IMG/VR virus record: IMGVR_UViG_3300048837_000549
Span: 13,112-77,111 of that record
Origin: a virus
Length of the DNA: 64,000 nt
Strand: one strand, 5' to 3'
In this document: positions 19,862 to 29,873 of the stretch, in pieces
How positions within the stretch are numbered: position 1 is the stretch's first letter
How the letters are laid out: the number at the start of each line of letters is the position of its first letter
The notes under the pieces: generated by a model
The model's database searches: none
The model's input: the letters and a program-made list of their open reading frames with translations, nothing else
What the model was told of the DNA's origin: nothing
Program-made: the position numbers and the translations under genes

Positions 19862-21418
19862 ATGGCAGAATTATTAAAATCAAAAGGTTACCAAAAGAAA
19901 GGTACTGCACTGTTCATCCAATCTGGAATAGCTGCGAGTATTACCACTAACGGATTTTTTAAAATAGCAACGACAGAAATGTATAATGATAGTGATAGCA
20001 TAACAGTTATTTCAGACGAAGAAATACAATTAAAAGCTGGTAAAAAATATAAACTAAAAGCGTCATTATCTGTAGATACGTCTGGAAGCTCATATATTAA
20101 CTATAAATTATATAATTCAACAATCTCAGCAGTTGTCGGAACAATAGCAACAATAAATACTTCTACAAGGGCGGAAAGTTCAGGAGCTAACACAACAGCT
20201 AATTTAATAATAGCTCCGACAGTTGACACAAAAATAAAACTACAACACCTCGGAGCCGATACAACAACAGCTTATACGACATCACTTGAAGTTGAAGAAG
20301 TCGAAGCATATAATCAAGTTATAAATTATCAAGATCATAATTCTTTAACAAACAGAGATGCGGCGGGAAGTCATTCAAGTTTTACACCTTTGGCAGACAG
20401 CACTACAGCTTTCCAGTTTTTGAAGGCTGATGGTGTAACGCCTGTTTTGGGGATTGACTCTATTAATGGGAGGGTTGGTATAGGGACAGCAAGTCCCTCA
20501 CAAAGATTAGAAGTATACTCGACTACATCATCTACTGCTGGATTTATTGCAACTGGCGAAGGTATTGCGGGACTTGTTCGCGGAAAAAGACTGAATGGGA
20601 CAAGTGCCTCACCAACTGCTATTTTAAGTGGTGAAAATGTTGCTCGGTTTGTTGCTATTGGTCAAAATACGGATGGTAATTCAACCCCTTGTGGTGATAT
20701 GTCTATTGTTGCTGAGGCAAACTTTGGCGCAGTTAATAACGCCCCTACTGCTTTGGTTTTTTCTACATCAAGTACTACTGCCCTAACTGAAAAGATGAGA
20801 ATAACAAGTGCTGGCAATGTAGGTATAGGAAATGTTTCACCTTACGCTATATCCAATTATGTAGCTTTAACAATAGGTGATAACGATGCCGCTAAAGCTG
20901 GTCTGATAAAATTATCAAGCACATATAATTCAGGAAGTGGTGCTGAAATATTCCAGCTTGCAAATGGTGATTTTGCGATAAACTCTAATCCGTCTACAAG
21001 GGTGCTCACCATTACTGCTGCTGGTCTAATAAAATCAACTCAAACATACGCCAATACGTCAGCAGGGGTCAGTAATTTAGGTGTATCGATACAGGGTGAG
21101 TTTTACAGGTCAACGTCCGCTTTGAAATACAAGAAAGACGTTGAGGATTTGCCATCGGATGATTCTAAAATAATCTACGCCATGCGACCAGTTATATATA
21201 ATTCAGCTTGTGAGAATGAAGAAAGCCCAGAATATAAATTTGCTGGACTAATCGCAGATGAAGTTGATAAACTGGGGGACGCAGGTAAGAGGCTTGTAAC
21301 ATATAACAATGAGGGCGAAGTTGAGGGATTTCAATATGAAAGACTTACAGTTTATCTTTTAAAGGAAATTCAAGAACTCAAAAAAGAAATTGATAAAATA
21401 AAAGGAGATAACGCATGA
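19862..21418 (+). CDS. tail fiber with C-terminal peptidase S74 intramolecular chaperone
   Basis: GRVGIGT/GNVGIG repeats; STSALKYKKDV...GLIADEV...YERL plus coiled coil. Confidence 0.8.
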   Translation: MAELLKSKGYQKKGTALFIQSGIAASITTNGFFKIATTEMYNDSDSITVISDEEIQLKAGKKYKLKASLSVDTSGSSYINYKLYNSTISAVVGTIATINTSTRAESSGANTTANLIIAPTVDTKIKLQHLGADTTTAYTTSLEVEEVEAYNQVINYQDHNSLTNRDAAGSHSSFTPLADSTTAFQFLKADGVTPVLGIDSINGRVGIGTASPSQRLEVYSTTSSTAGFIATGEGIAGLVRGKRLNGTSASPTAILSGENVARFVAIGQNTDGNSTPCGDMSIVAEANFGAVNNAPTALVFSTSSTTALTEKMRITSAGNVGIGNVSPYAISNYVALTIGDNDAAKAGLIKLSSTYNSGSGAEIFQLANGDFAINSNPSTRVLTITAAGLIKSTQTYANTSAGVSNLGVSIQGEFYRSTSALKYKKDVEDLPSDDSKIIYAMRPVIYNSACENEESPEYKFAGLIADEVDKLGDAGKRLVTYNNEGEVEGFQYERLTVYLLKEIQELKKEIDKIKGDNA

Positions 21419-21594
21419 TAATCAAAGCAGACCAACAAGGCGTGCAAGTATTACACCAACTCGCAGACGTAGTATTAAAATCAGGTGGCATTCAGAACCT
21501 GCAAGCAATCAATGAGTTTTTGTCGAAGATTGAATTGATACCGGAAGAAAAACAAGAAGAAGTATTTGATAATGTGAAAAGTAAACAAGTATAA
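21415..21594 (+). CDS. small protein after the fiber (59 aa)
   Basis: Hand-translated; AGGAG SD; ATGA overlap. Confidence 0.55.
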   Translation: MIIKADQQGVQVLHQLADVVLKSGGIQNLQAINEFLSKIELIPEEKQEEVFDNVKSKQV

Positions 21595-21604
21595 GAGGAA
21601 ATAG

Positions 21605-21985
21605 ATGATAAATAAGAGATTTGAGATAACAGCAGCCACAATAAATGCAGGTACCGCTATTGAAAGTGATGTAGAAATTACTAAAATAATTCCAGCAATA
21701 AATGGGGATACAGATACTCGTTATTTATATCCTCAACAATTACAAGTTATAAATGATTGTGGAGGTAATATTGAATGGCTAAGTTTATCATCTATTGAAG
21801 AATATGAAGAATATACAGATAATCCTTCATTATTCACTTTTGTAAGATTACCTAATGGATATTCATTACAAGACGACTTTACAAGTTTTGGTAGGTGTTA
21901 TAAATTTATTATTAAATTATATAGTGGTACAGCTACATCAGATTTAACATTAGAATTTATAAATTATCGTAATAGCTTAAAATAA
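21605..21985 (+). CDS. virion protein, paralog of 12921..13301
   Basis: Aligns by eye with 12921. Confidence 0.5.
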   Translation: MINKRFEITAATINAGTAIESDVEITKIIPAINGDTDTRYLYPQQLQVINDCGGNIEWLSLSSIEEYEEYTDNPSLFTFVRLPNGYSLQDDFTSFGRCYKFIIKLYSGTATSDLTLEFINYRNSLK

Positions 21986-22075
21986 GAGTTCCTTAATATA
22001 GTGCTCTTGTTTGATATATAGCACCAAGATGTAGGTCACTAAAACTTACCCGACAAGGTACTTTACTACTCACCA

Positions 22076-22110
22076 AAAAGCTATTGGGTAAAACTAATGG
22101 CTTTTTTTAT
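22076..22110 (+). terminator. intrinsic terminator
   Basis: AAAAAGCTATT...AATGGCTTTTTTT hairpin with U-tract. Confidence 0.65.
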
Positions 22111-22125
22111 TTTTGAAAATAAAAA

Positions 22126-22134
22126 TACTAATAA
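22126..22134 (+). promoter_or_regulatory. putative late promoter TACTAATAA
   Basis: Upstream of MKRY gene 22165. Confidence 0.6.
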
Positions 22135-22164
22135 TTAAAATTGTATTGAAACGAGGATTATAAA

Positions 22165-22470
22165 ATGAAAAGATATGAATTTAAAAAGCCTACTGATTTA
22201 AGCATACTTGAAGAATCAAGATTAAAAGAAGCTAGTTTTATGGTTAACAATATTGCTTCAGCAGAAAATAGTCTGATAGGAGTAATAGGAATTATAAATA
22301 AAATTAAAAGACAACCAACGGCGGCTGCTAATATCCTAGGTCAAGCTCTGATTACTGGTATTGATTCTATGGACCCAGATATAGAAGATGACAGATTAAA
22401 AACAGCTAGAAAACAACTTGTAATTAAAACTTTAATAAAATATCTTATTTCTTACAGAAAATCCCTATAA
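22165..22470 (+). CDS. putative internal head protein (MKRY family)
   Basis: MKRYEF...ILEES..LKEA; similar to the C-terminal part of 28692..29483. Confidence 0.5.
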   Translation: MKRYEFKKPTDLSILEESRLKEASFMVNNIASAENSLIGVIGIINKIKRQPTAAANILGQALITGIDSMDPDIEDDRLKTARKQLVIKTLIKYLISYRKSL

Positions 22471-22484
22471 TAGGTAAAAATAAT

Positions 22485-22925
22485 ATGTTTAGTTTAATAT
22501 GGAATTATGCAAAATCAAATGCAATAACTATTCTATCTAAAGTCAATATAAAAAATATTGCTAAAGGAGTTGAAACAGTGATTGACAAATCAGCTAAAAA
22601 AATAAATGAAACTAAGACGGTAGAGTTTGATGGTAAAAAAGTTAAAGAGCCTAACTGGCAACGTAAATTTCCTTTTACATTTTTCTTTGGAGGTGGTAAG
22701 TTTCAGCCTCTTTATTTTTGGATTTTTTCTTTTTGCACTCTTGCTTTGGCTATGTTATTTGTTAAAATTTATGCTGCATGGAAAGCAATAAAAACCGGTA
22801 CATATGATTCTGAAATGATTAGTACTGCTGATCTCGGAGTAGTTCTTGGTTTTATTTCTTCCCTAATTCTTTTATATAATAATGGCAAAAAAAATAAGGT
22901 TAATAAAGAGGAAGAGGCTTCATAA
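22485..22925 (+). CDS. membrane protein (holin candidate)
   Basis: Two hydrophobic segments; charged C-terminus. Confidence 0.45.
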   Translation: MFSLIWNYAKSNAITILSKVNIKNIAKGVETVIDKSAKKINETKTVEFDGKKVKEPNWQRKFPFTFFFGGGKFQPLYFWIFSFCTLALAMLFVKIYAAWKAIKTGTYDSEMISTADLGVVLGFISSLILLYNNGKKNKVNKEEEAS

Positions 22926-23317
22926 TGGATATATTTAAAGTTAATAATATCTTAGATTTATTAAATATTCTTTTTGTATCAATAAATATATTTAGTGCTC
23001 TATACATAAAGTATTTGATTTATAAATCCAATAAGCTATATAAATTTTGTATAATTAACGTAAGAGAGCGTAAAATTATTGATATTATTTTAGCAATTGA
23101 AATGTTGTTTTTTGCTGCTATTTATGTGTTTCTTCAGTCTAATAGAAATGAACAATTTGGGGGTATTACTGATCCAAGTTTGCTTTTATACACAGTAGCT
23201 GAATTAGTAAAAGGATTAAGCTTTATGTTATATTTATTTTTAAATATTATTGAAATTAAAAAAGGATTGAAGAAATTATTTGAAAGAAAGGGAATAATAC
23301 ATGGATGTGACTGCTAA
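22925..23317 (+). CDS. membrane protein
   Basis: Three hydrophobic segments. Confidence 0.5.
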   Translation: MDIFKVNNILDLLNILFVSINIFSALYIKYLIYKSNKLYKFCIINVRERKIIDIILAIEMLFFAAIYVFLQSNRNEQFGGITDPSLLLYTVAELVKGLSFMLYLFLNIIEIKKGLKKLFERKGIIHGCDC

Positions 23318-24068
23318 AGAACTTGGGGAGTTTATTGCGTATGGGACGGCAGTTTCATATGCATTTTTTAAGATTTTTCAAAATGTTTTCAGCTTTTTAA
23401 AAGGTATTTTTAAAAAAGATAAAGATAAGTCTGGCGTCACTGTCAATATAAATAGTCAAAATGCTCCTAAAGAATTTGAAAAGGATGATTACAGATATTT
23501 TTTATATTTTTTACTTGAGCAAGGTAAAATACTAAGAGCAATGCACGATTTAAAATCTGATATATTAAAAGAACAAATGGATTACCTCAGCAGACATGTT
23601 CAAGATATAAAAGTCAATATGACAGGACTGATGATGAAACATTTATATGATCTATTAGATAAAGAAATTATATCAGAAATAAAATATGAAACATATCTTA
23701 TGAATTTTGAAAATTTTCTAGAAATATTAGAGTATCAAACTACAGAAACTTTCAGAAAAATGTGCAAAGATAATCACTTTTCAGATTATACTCAATCTGA
23801 GTATAGAGATGTTATTACAAGAAATGTATCAATTATTGAGGGGGAAATTAATGAATTGATTCGTAAAAGATACCCTCAGCGAGATTTAATAAGAGAGATA
23901 CAAAATCTAAATCAAATAAAAATAATGATTCGTATCAGTCTAAAAGATTGTTTAGAACACGCAAGAGACGTTTCTATAGAGAAGAGCGGGAAGGTTAATG
24001 AAGCTAAAAAATGTTTTGAAAAAAGAATTGAGGAAGCTATAGGAATCCCTTATAGTTTAGAGTTATAA
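23301..24068 (+). CDS. membrane-anchored helical protein
   Basis: N-terminal hydrophobic helix and a soluble helical domain. Confidence 0.45.
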   Translation: MDVTAKELGEFIAYGTAVSYAFFKIFQNVFSFLKGIFKKDKDKSGVTVNINSQNAPKEFEKDDYRYFLYFLLEQGKILRAMHDLKSDILKEQMDYLSRHVQDIKVNMTGLMMKHLYDLLDKEIISEIKYETYLMNFENFLEILEYQTTETFRKMCKDNHFSDYTQSEYRDVITRNVSIIEGEINELIRKRYPQRDLIREIQNLNQIKIMIRISLKDCLEHARDVSIEKSGKVNEAKKCFEKRIEEAIGIPYSLEL

Positions 24069-24286
24069 TGTTTAAATTCAAAGTTAAACCTAAGGTTAAG
24101 TTATCGAAACTAATTAAAGATAAAGAATTAGAATTAGAATCTTTAGATACTGAAGTTAAATATGAAACGCAACTAGATGAAGATGTAACATTTAAAGCCA
24201 GTATTAAGGCAGATTTAAACCCTCAAGTTGATTTAGGCATGAACAATATTAAAGAAGCTGAATTTAGTTTCACTAAAAAGTTTTAA
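24068..24286 (+). CDS. hypothetical protein
   Basis: TAATG overlap. Confidence 0.5.
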   Translation: MFKFKVKPKVKLSKLIKDKELELESLDTEVKYETQLDEDVTFKASIKADLNPQVDLGMNNIKEAEFSFTKKF

Positions 24287-24322
24287 CTAATATAATATAA
24301 CTATATATCGCAGGTAGATTAC

Positions 24323-27300
24323 ATGAAGTATAACGAATCATTTTTTGATTTAACAAATTCAATAGATAGACAAACATTTATTTCTGATAAAGAAAAAATT
24401 ATAGACTATTTTCATCTTTATTGGTTATCTTTCCTTATATTTAAAAAACACTTTCCGAATTCACCTAAACTCTCAAAGTTTATGAAGACAATGTCTAAAA
24501 CACAAATAAAAAATATAGATGATGGGAACGATCTTGCATCAATAACTAAATATGCTAATGACTTAGGGTTACTAAGTGGTACCTCAGTTAATGCTTTAAC
24601 CAAATTTCTTTTTCTGATGAAGACCTCAAAAGATTTACAAATAGATGAAAGTTTAGTTCGTAAATGGTTTGTGTCCTCCTCAAATATACACCTTCCTGAA
24701 AATACATTTTTAAAACAAGCTAGAAAAGATTTTGTAGCTGGTGCTACATTACTTGATATCTACCCATTGGTTTTAAAATATTTTAAAGCTAAGAAATCAG
24801 AATTACAAATAACACAAATATATCATTTTCTAACTTATAGTGCTTTTACTGTAAATATTCTACAAGCAAAAGGAGTTATAGCAAATACACCATCTCCTGC
24901 AGTAGTATCTCAAGTGGCTACAGACGCTCGCACTGATAGTGTTGTACCTGTGCAAACTACTACTCAATCAGTCGTCTCAAATAAAATCGATATAAGTAAA
25001 ATAGAAGCTTATATCGATGAGATAAAAATAAAGGGCATGAAGGAAGATAAAGAATTATTAGATGATAGAAATTATGTTATATCTACTGTTTTATATTCTG
25101 GTTCAGAGGGTTGGTTAGGGAGACTCGATCCCAATTTATCTCTTGAGAATATTAATGCATTAAAACCTTACATTTTTGATGAATACTTAGAGTTAATAAA
25201 GCTTCCACTAAAATCTTTAGAATCCAGAATAAATTTACAGGCGTTTCTAAATTTCATGTTCGCTTTTTTAATAAAGAGTAAAGAGCTTGCGACCATTGAT
25301 AAAAAGATTTCCTTATTCAAGCCTATTATAAAAAATGAAAAATTTTATTTAAAACTGGATGTAGAAGATTTCAATTATCTCTTTACAACTCAGTCTACGT
25401 GCGGTGATCTCATTTTTAATTTTCTAGTTAAAGAAAAAGAAGTTTTAATTGCTTTACTTGAAGCCGGAAGTTCCCTCACAGATAACACAACTTTAATTGT
25501 TAAAAATTATGGAAGTGAAACTCCTGATGATTTTATTGAAAAATTGGATGCTCGTTTCAAAATGTTTTCTACATCAAAATCTAGTATTCTAATAAATAAG
25601 TTGATTGATAAATATGATAGTATAGAAATAGTTGCTTTGTTACAGACAGTAATAAAAAAGAAGCAACGTTATTCACCACGATATTCAAAATCTACCCGCA
25701 GATTAAACTTAGATTTAATATTCTATATATTATTTCAATATTATGAAAATAAGAAAATTTCTTTTGGGGACGTAGTACGCCTTATTGTAACGGAAGGAGC
25801 GTATAAGGATCGTGTTACTGCTTATATTAGATGGAAATACAAAGAATTATTTGATATATCTAAATTATCTGATGAGGAAATTATTCAGTCCTATTTAGAT
25901 TTAGGGGATAAAGATTTAAATGAAGTTCACAAGGAATTAGTTTCTATCAAAAGAGAACATCTATTTCTACCTTATATACTTCAGGATAGTTATGCTTATA
26001 GAATACTATCATATCCTTTCGAGGAATCGTCGAGGTATAACTTTGGAATAGATGCATTCAAAGCGAATAAGAATTATAAAGAGTTAATAAGAACTTATGT
26101 TACTAATGCAAAAAACTTAAAAGACTTAGAATATATGCTCAAACAATCTGAGGATAAAGACTTCTTCTCATTTCTATTAGATTGTTTTCCAGATGAAAAC
26201 AGTAAAATAAAATTTTTTACATCTCTTGTAGAAATAAATTTGTCCCTAACGTCTATGTATCTCTATAAGATATACTTCAATCTCCCCACCAAACAAATAT
26301 TTGATATATGGGTAGATATAAATAATGGTAGAATTGGTTCGAAACGACTAACTACTTCTTATATTTCATCGGTTCGTAATAAAGAAGATGATCTATATAA
26401 AAAAGAATTCTATACTTTATTATTCGACTATATGTGTCTAAACAACTTTACCAGTTTTGATTCAGACTATGCGGTTCAGGGAAATATTAAGAATTATGTA
26501 ATGGAGAACAATGAGTCCCTTAAAAAATTAAGGCTTGAATGGTTACAGAAGTATAAAGATAGTACCAACCCAGATATACGTAACTCTACTAAAATAACAT
26601 GGATTTTTAATGAAAAATATCTGGAAGTAAATAAAGACACCCTCTGGGATAGTTTTGGTATAGGGGTATTCAGTTATTTCAAAGCATCTTTTACTCTTAC
26701 TATTTTTCTAAAATACTTATTAGATGAAAAAAAGTATTCTGATGTAATAGATAATATAGATTTCTTTTTTAGAAACTTCGCCACAATTAAAATATTCCAA
26801 CTTTTATTTTTTGAATACCCTGATTTTTTTAATAGTTATTTCGATATAATACTTGATTCTATAGAAAAAAATTCAAAGCGTGAGATAACTAATATACTTG
26901 ATGATACATTAGAAGAAATAATTAAGAGTGATAAAAAAGAACTAATTCCTACGTTACTAAAGATATTGAATAAGGATGTATGGTTGAAGAGTTTAATTGC
27001 TGAGATCACGGATGCTAAATTGTATCTAGAATCTATTTCACTAAGTTTTCTGGCACTACTCGAAAAATATCAAATAAAGGAAATAGACTCACTACTTTTA
27101 CGTATACAAGAAGAAGATGAGAAAGTATTTAAAAAAATGGTATACATAATGAAAAGATCTTTTTTATCGGAGAGTGTCTATTCTGATTTACTCTTTTCAG
27201 AAAATAATCCTCTTCCTCTTGAGGATATAGCTTTTACAAGACAGAATATTAAAAATTTTCTAAAAGTAAATGATGAAAATTTACAATTGAGACTACCTAG

Positions 27301-28060
27301 TAAACAATTGAAAAAAGGTGAATCATTTCTAGTATACATAAATAATCTTAAGGAGATATCTAAAGATGTCGTTAAAACGATTCAAGCTTCTCTCCCTGAT
27401 CCAAAAGTTGTTGAAGTACCTAAAACAGAACAAGAATTAAAGGATACATCGTTTGAAATAAATTTAAAATACAATACTCAGAAACATGGTAATGTAGGAC
27501 TTAAGATTATTAAAGAATGGGATTATGTAACATCTCAAGAGCAATTAGATGCTATTCAAGAATTTCTAGGAGCTAGACCAGAATCAGAAGTAGCTGTTCC
27601 TGCTTTCCATAGCTGTGGTACCTTGGCGGCTAACATGATATTAAGATATTGGTTTTCACTAAGTAGTAAAGTAGAGAAGGTCGCTAAAGGGTTAGGAGCT
27701 GGTATTTATTTTGCTCCTGTTATAGAAAAATCTCTACAATATCTAGGAGACACAGGAATGAGTAGGTCACACGGAACAAGAGGATATGTATTAGACTGTA
27801 CTCTATATCTAGGTAACCATGCTGGTAGGGGGGATGATGGAGATTATAGAGATGCAGCAGGAACTGGTTGGGTGAGTGCAGAATATGTGATAAGAGATCC
27901 ATGGAAGCAATGTAAAATAAACAAAGTATATTACGCAGAAATAGCACCAATAAGAGAATTTAAAAATGAATTAAAAGCTCGAGGATACGATGAAGACCAT
28001 ATAACTGGAGTTGATAGGTTTTTAACATCAAAAGAAAAAGGAACTAAATATGACAAATAA
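24323..28060 (+). CDS. large Alt-like protein with C-terminal H-Y-E (PARP-fold) ADP-ribosyltransferase domain
   Basis: FHSCG...LGAGIYFA..KSLQY...AEYVI; short MKYNE N-terminus; AACTAATAT upstream. Confidence 0.7.
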   Translation: MKYNESFFDLTNSIDRQTFISDKEKIIDYFHLYWLSFLIFKKHFPNSPKLSKFMKTMSKTQIKNIDDGNDLASITKYANDLGLLSGTSVNALTKFLFLMKTSKDLQIDESLVRKWFVSSSNIHLPENTFLKQARKDFVAGATLLDIYPLVLKYFKAKKSELQITQIYHFLTYSAFTVNILQAKGVIANTPSPAVVSQVATDARTDSVVPVQTTTQSVVSNKIDISKIEAYIDEIKIKGMKEDKELLDDRNYVISTVLYSGSEGWLGRLDPNLSLENINALKPYIFDEYLELIKLPLKSLESRINLQAFLNFMFAFLIKSKELATIDKKISLFKPIIKNEKFYLKLDVEDFNYLFTTQSTCGDLIFNFLVKEKEVLIALLEAGSSLTDNTTLIVKNYGSETPDDFIEKLDARFKMFSTSKSSILINKLIDKYDSIEIVALLQTVIKKKQRYSPRYSKSTRRLNLDLIFYILFQYYENKKISFGDVVRLIVTEGAYKDRVTAYIRWKYKELFDISKLSDEEIIQSYLDLGDKDLNEVHKELVSIKREHLFLPYILQDSYAYRILSYPFEESSRYNFGIDAFKANKNYKELIRTYVTNAKNLKDLEYMLKQSEDKDFFSFLLDCFPDENSKIKFFTSLVEINLSLTSMYLYKIYFNLPTKQIFDIWVDINNGRIGSKRLTTSYISSVRNKEDDLYKKEFYTLLFDYMCLNNFTSFDSDYAVQGNIKNYVMENNESLKKLRLEWLQKYKDSTNPDIRNSTKITWIFNEKYLEVNKDTLWDSFGIGVFSYFKASFTLTIFLKYLLDEKKYSDVIDNIDFFFRNFATIKIFQLLFFEYPDFFNSYFDIILDSIEKNSKREITNILDDTLEEIIKSDKKELIPTLLKILNKDVWLKSLIAEITDAKLYLESISLSFLALLEKYQIKEIDSLLLRIQEEDEKVFKKMVYIMKRSFLSESVYSDLLFSENNPLPLEDIAFTRQNIKNFLKVNDENLQLRLPSKQLKKGESFLVYINNLKEISKDVVKTIQASLPDPKVVEVPKTEQELKDTSFEINLKYNTQKHGNVGLKIIKEWDYVTSQEQLDAIQEFLGARPESEVAVPAFHSCGTLAANMILRYWFSLSSKVEKVAKGLGAGIYFAPVIEKSLQYLGDTGMSRSHGTRGYVLDCTLYLGNHAGRGDDGDYRDAAGTGWVSAEYVIRDPWKQCKINKVYYAEIAPIREFKNELKARGYDEDHITGVDRFLTSKEKGTKYDK

Positions 28061-28373
28061 TGATTTTATATGGGATGTTATAACATACACATTTCAAGAG
28101 GAAGAACTTATACCTTTAGGTAAAAGTAAAGAAGGTGAAAATCTATACGGTGATCTAGATCTACTTACAATTCTTATAAACTCAGGAGGACACGGTGATC
28201 TTATTGCTGTAAGTGAAACGCAACAAGGTTTATCAATCTATATCAGAAATACCATTGGATTGAATGATAATATTTCTATTCTAGATACAAAAGAATGGCA
28301 GAGAGACGATCCTGCTGGACAATATTCTCAATTTAAAACATTATTTGTAAATGTTTTAATGAGTGATGTTTGA
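28050..28373 (+). CDS. hypothetical protein coupled to the ART gene
   Basis: Overlaps the ART stop. Confidence 0.5.
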   Translation: MTNNDFIWDVITYTFQEEELIPLGKSKEGENLYGDLDLLTILINSGGHGDLIAVSETQQGLSIYIRNTIGLNDNISILDTKEWQRDDPAGQYSQFKTLFVNVLMSDV

Positions 28374-28392
28374 TATTTCTAGAAATAAATTA

Positions 28393-28401
28393 TACTAATA
28401 A
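28393..28401 (+). promoter_or_regulatory. putative late promoter TACTAATAA
   Basis: Heads the MQRY/MKRY run. Confidence 0.6.
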
Positions 28402-28413
28402 TATATGGTGATT

Positions 28414-28695
28414 ATGCAAAGATATATTTCACATTTTAAAGAAGATTTTAATTTAGATAATTTAATTGAACAATATAAATTAAAGGAATCTGGAAATAAT
28501 ATTGCAGCAACTTCAATGGAGTCTTTTTATAATATGGTTAACATGTATAAAGAACTAGAAAGAACTCATGAAAGTAAAAATAAAAGAAAGTTACTTAAAA
28601 CACTCAAAAGATTGCTCACTGATTTTGTTACAATGGATTCATTATTAGCAAAAGAGTTTAACTATAAAGGAATAGCAGGTACACACTACAGATGA
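28414..28695 (+). CDS. putative internal head protein (MKRY family)
   Basis: MQRYISHFKED; GGTG SD before ATG 28414. Confidence 0.5.
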   Translation: MQRYISHFKEDFNLDNLIEQYKLKESGNNIAATSMESFYNMVNMYKELERTHESKNKRKLLKTLKRLLTDFVTMDSLLAKEFNYKGIAGTHYR

Positions 28696-29483
28696 AAAGA
28701 TATAAACCATTTAAAGAAGACGAAATTGAAGGCGGATTAGCAGATAACCTTGATTGTCAACAAATAGCAGATAAACACAATGTATCTATAGACGATATAA
28801 TGTCTCAATTAGATAAAGGGGTCAAAGTAGAAATGGAGCATACAGATGATGAAGAATTAGCAAAAGAAATAGCTAAAGATCATCTTACTGAATATCCTTA
28901 TTATTACGACGAATTAGACAAAATGGAAAAGAAATTTGAAAATAAAAGAGGAATAAAACGAATGAAAAGATACGAACCAAAATTCAAAGTAAAAGAAGCA
29001 GATGATAATGAAGCTAAAACATTAGAAGCAGTAAAAGCACTTATAGATATGAAAGATATAAGTAATGAAGATGAACAAGGTAAATTTATTGAGCTATTAA
29101 AAGGAATAGTATTTGCAGACAACAAACATGGTGACGAATTCCTTTCTAAGATTAATGATTTTACATCTGGATTAAAGATAGAAGATTTTAAGGAGAGCTG
29201 TAAAAAGAAACCTAAGAAGAAGGATATGAAAGAAGCGCATGTAACAATTATGAGTTTAAATGATGGAGCGCAGGCTATATCGCAAGTTATTCAGCAGATT
29301 GTAGATTCTTATACAGATTTGGATAATATAAAATTTATAAAAGCTCTTGGATTTGGAATAACAACCGGTATTCAAGAATGTCTAAATGGACCAGATTATG
29401 AAGATTTAGATCTACAACAAAAAGATAAATTAAAAAATAAAATATATACTCTTTTATTTAGAGATATTAAATCAAGGTTCTAA
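28692..29483 (+). CDS. DUF5661-like domain protein (MKRY family) with second MKRY start at 28962
   Basis: GVKVEMEHT...AKEIAKDHL.E.P.YY motif; internal AGAGG SD plus MKRYEPKF. Confidence 0.6.
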   Translation: MKRYKPFKEDEIEGGLADNLDCQQIADKHNVSIDDIMSQLDKGVKVEMEHTDDEELAKEIAKDHLTEYPYYYDELDKMEKKFENKRGIKRMKRYEPKFKVKEADDNEAKTLEAVKALIDMKDISNEDEQGKFIELLKGIVFADNKHGDEFLSKINDFTSGLKIEDFKESCKKKPKKKDMKEAHVTIMSLNDGAQAISQVIQQIVDSYTDLDNIKFIKALGFGITTGIQECLNGPDYEDLDLQQKDKLKNKIYTLLFRDIKSRF

Positions 29484-29489
29484 ATATCT

Positions 29490-29849
29490 ATGAACAAATA
29501 TATGAGATTATCAGATGATATAGATAATGATGGTATTAGTGAAGAAGATAAGCTAAAAGCAGAACAAGCTAAAGCTGATGAAATTGAAGCTAATGACCTG
29601 ATAGAGCAACTTCAAACTCAAACATTTAGAAATAGAGAAATGAGAATTGAATTTGCTAAAATCATTCTACAACTTGCATCTAACAATAATCCAAGAGCAA
29701 AGAAACTGGTATATAAAATGTCAGAGTTTGCTAAGTACTGGGAAAATGATGAAATGATAGATGAAGAAGAATGGAGAAAACTAAATAACACTCAAGATAT
29801 GATTGAGAGTGTTCAGATTAAAAAATATAAAAGTAAATTTAGTTACTAA
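29490..29849 (+). CDS. putative prohead core/internal protein
   Basis: Acidic helical; ends IKKYKSKFSY; near the protease gene. Confidence 0.4.
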   Translation: MNKYMRLSDDIDNDGISEEDKLKAEQAKADEIEANDLIEQLQTQTFRNREMRIEFAKIILQLASNNNPRAKKLVYKMSEFAKYWENDEMIDEEEWRKLNNTQDMIESVQIKKYKSKFSY

Positions 29850-29873
29850 TAGTATATTGAGGTTGTTATAAAT

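Noticed and set aside
18975-20466. Diversity-generating retroelement TR/VR pair
   Set aside because: Differences are mostly synonymous and not adenine-specific; no reverse transcriptase in the window.
21986-22075. Possible ncRNA or tRNA in the intergenic gap
   Set aside because: No cloverleaf or convincing stems beyond the terminator; I recognised no tRNA anywhere in the window.
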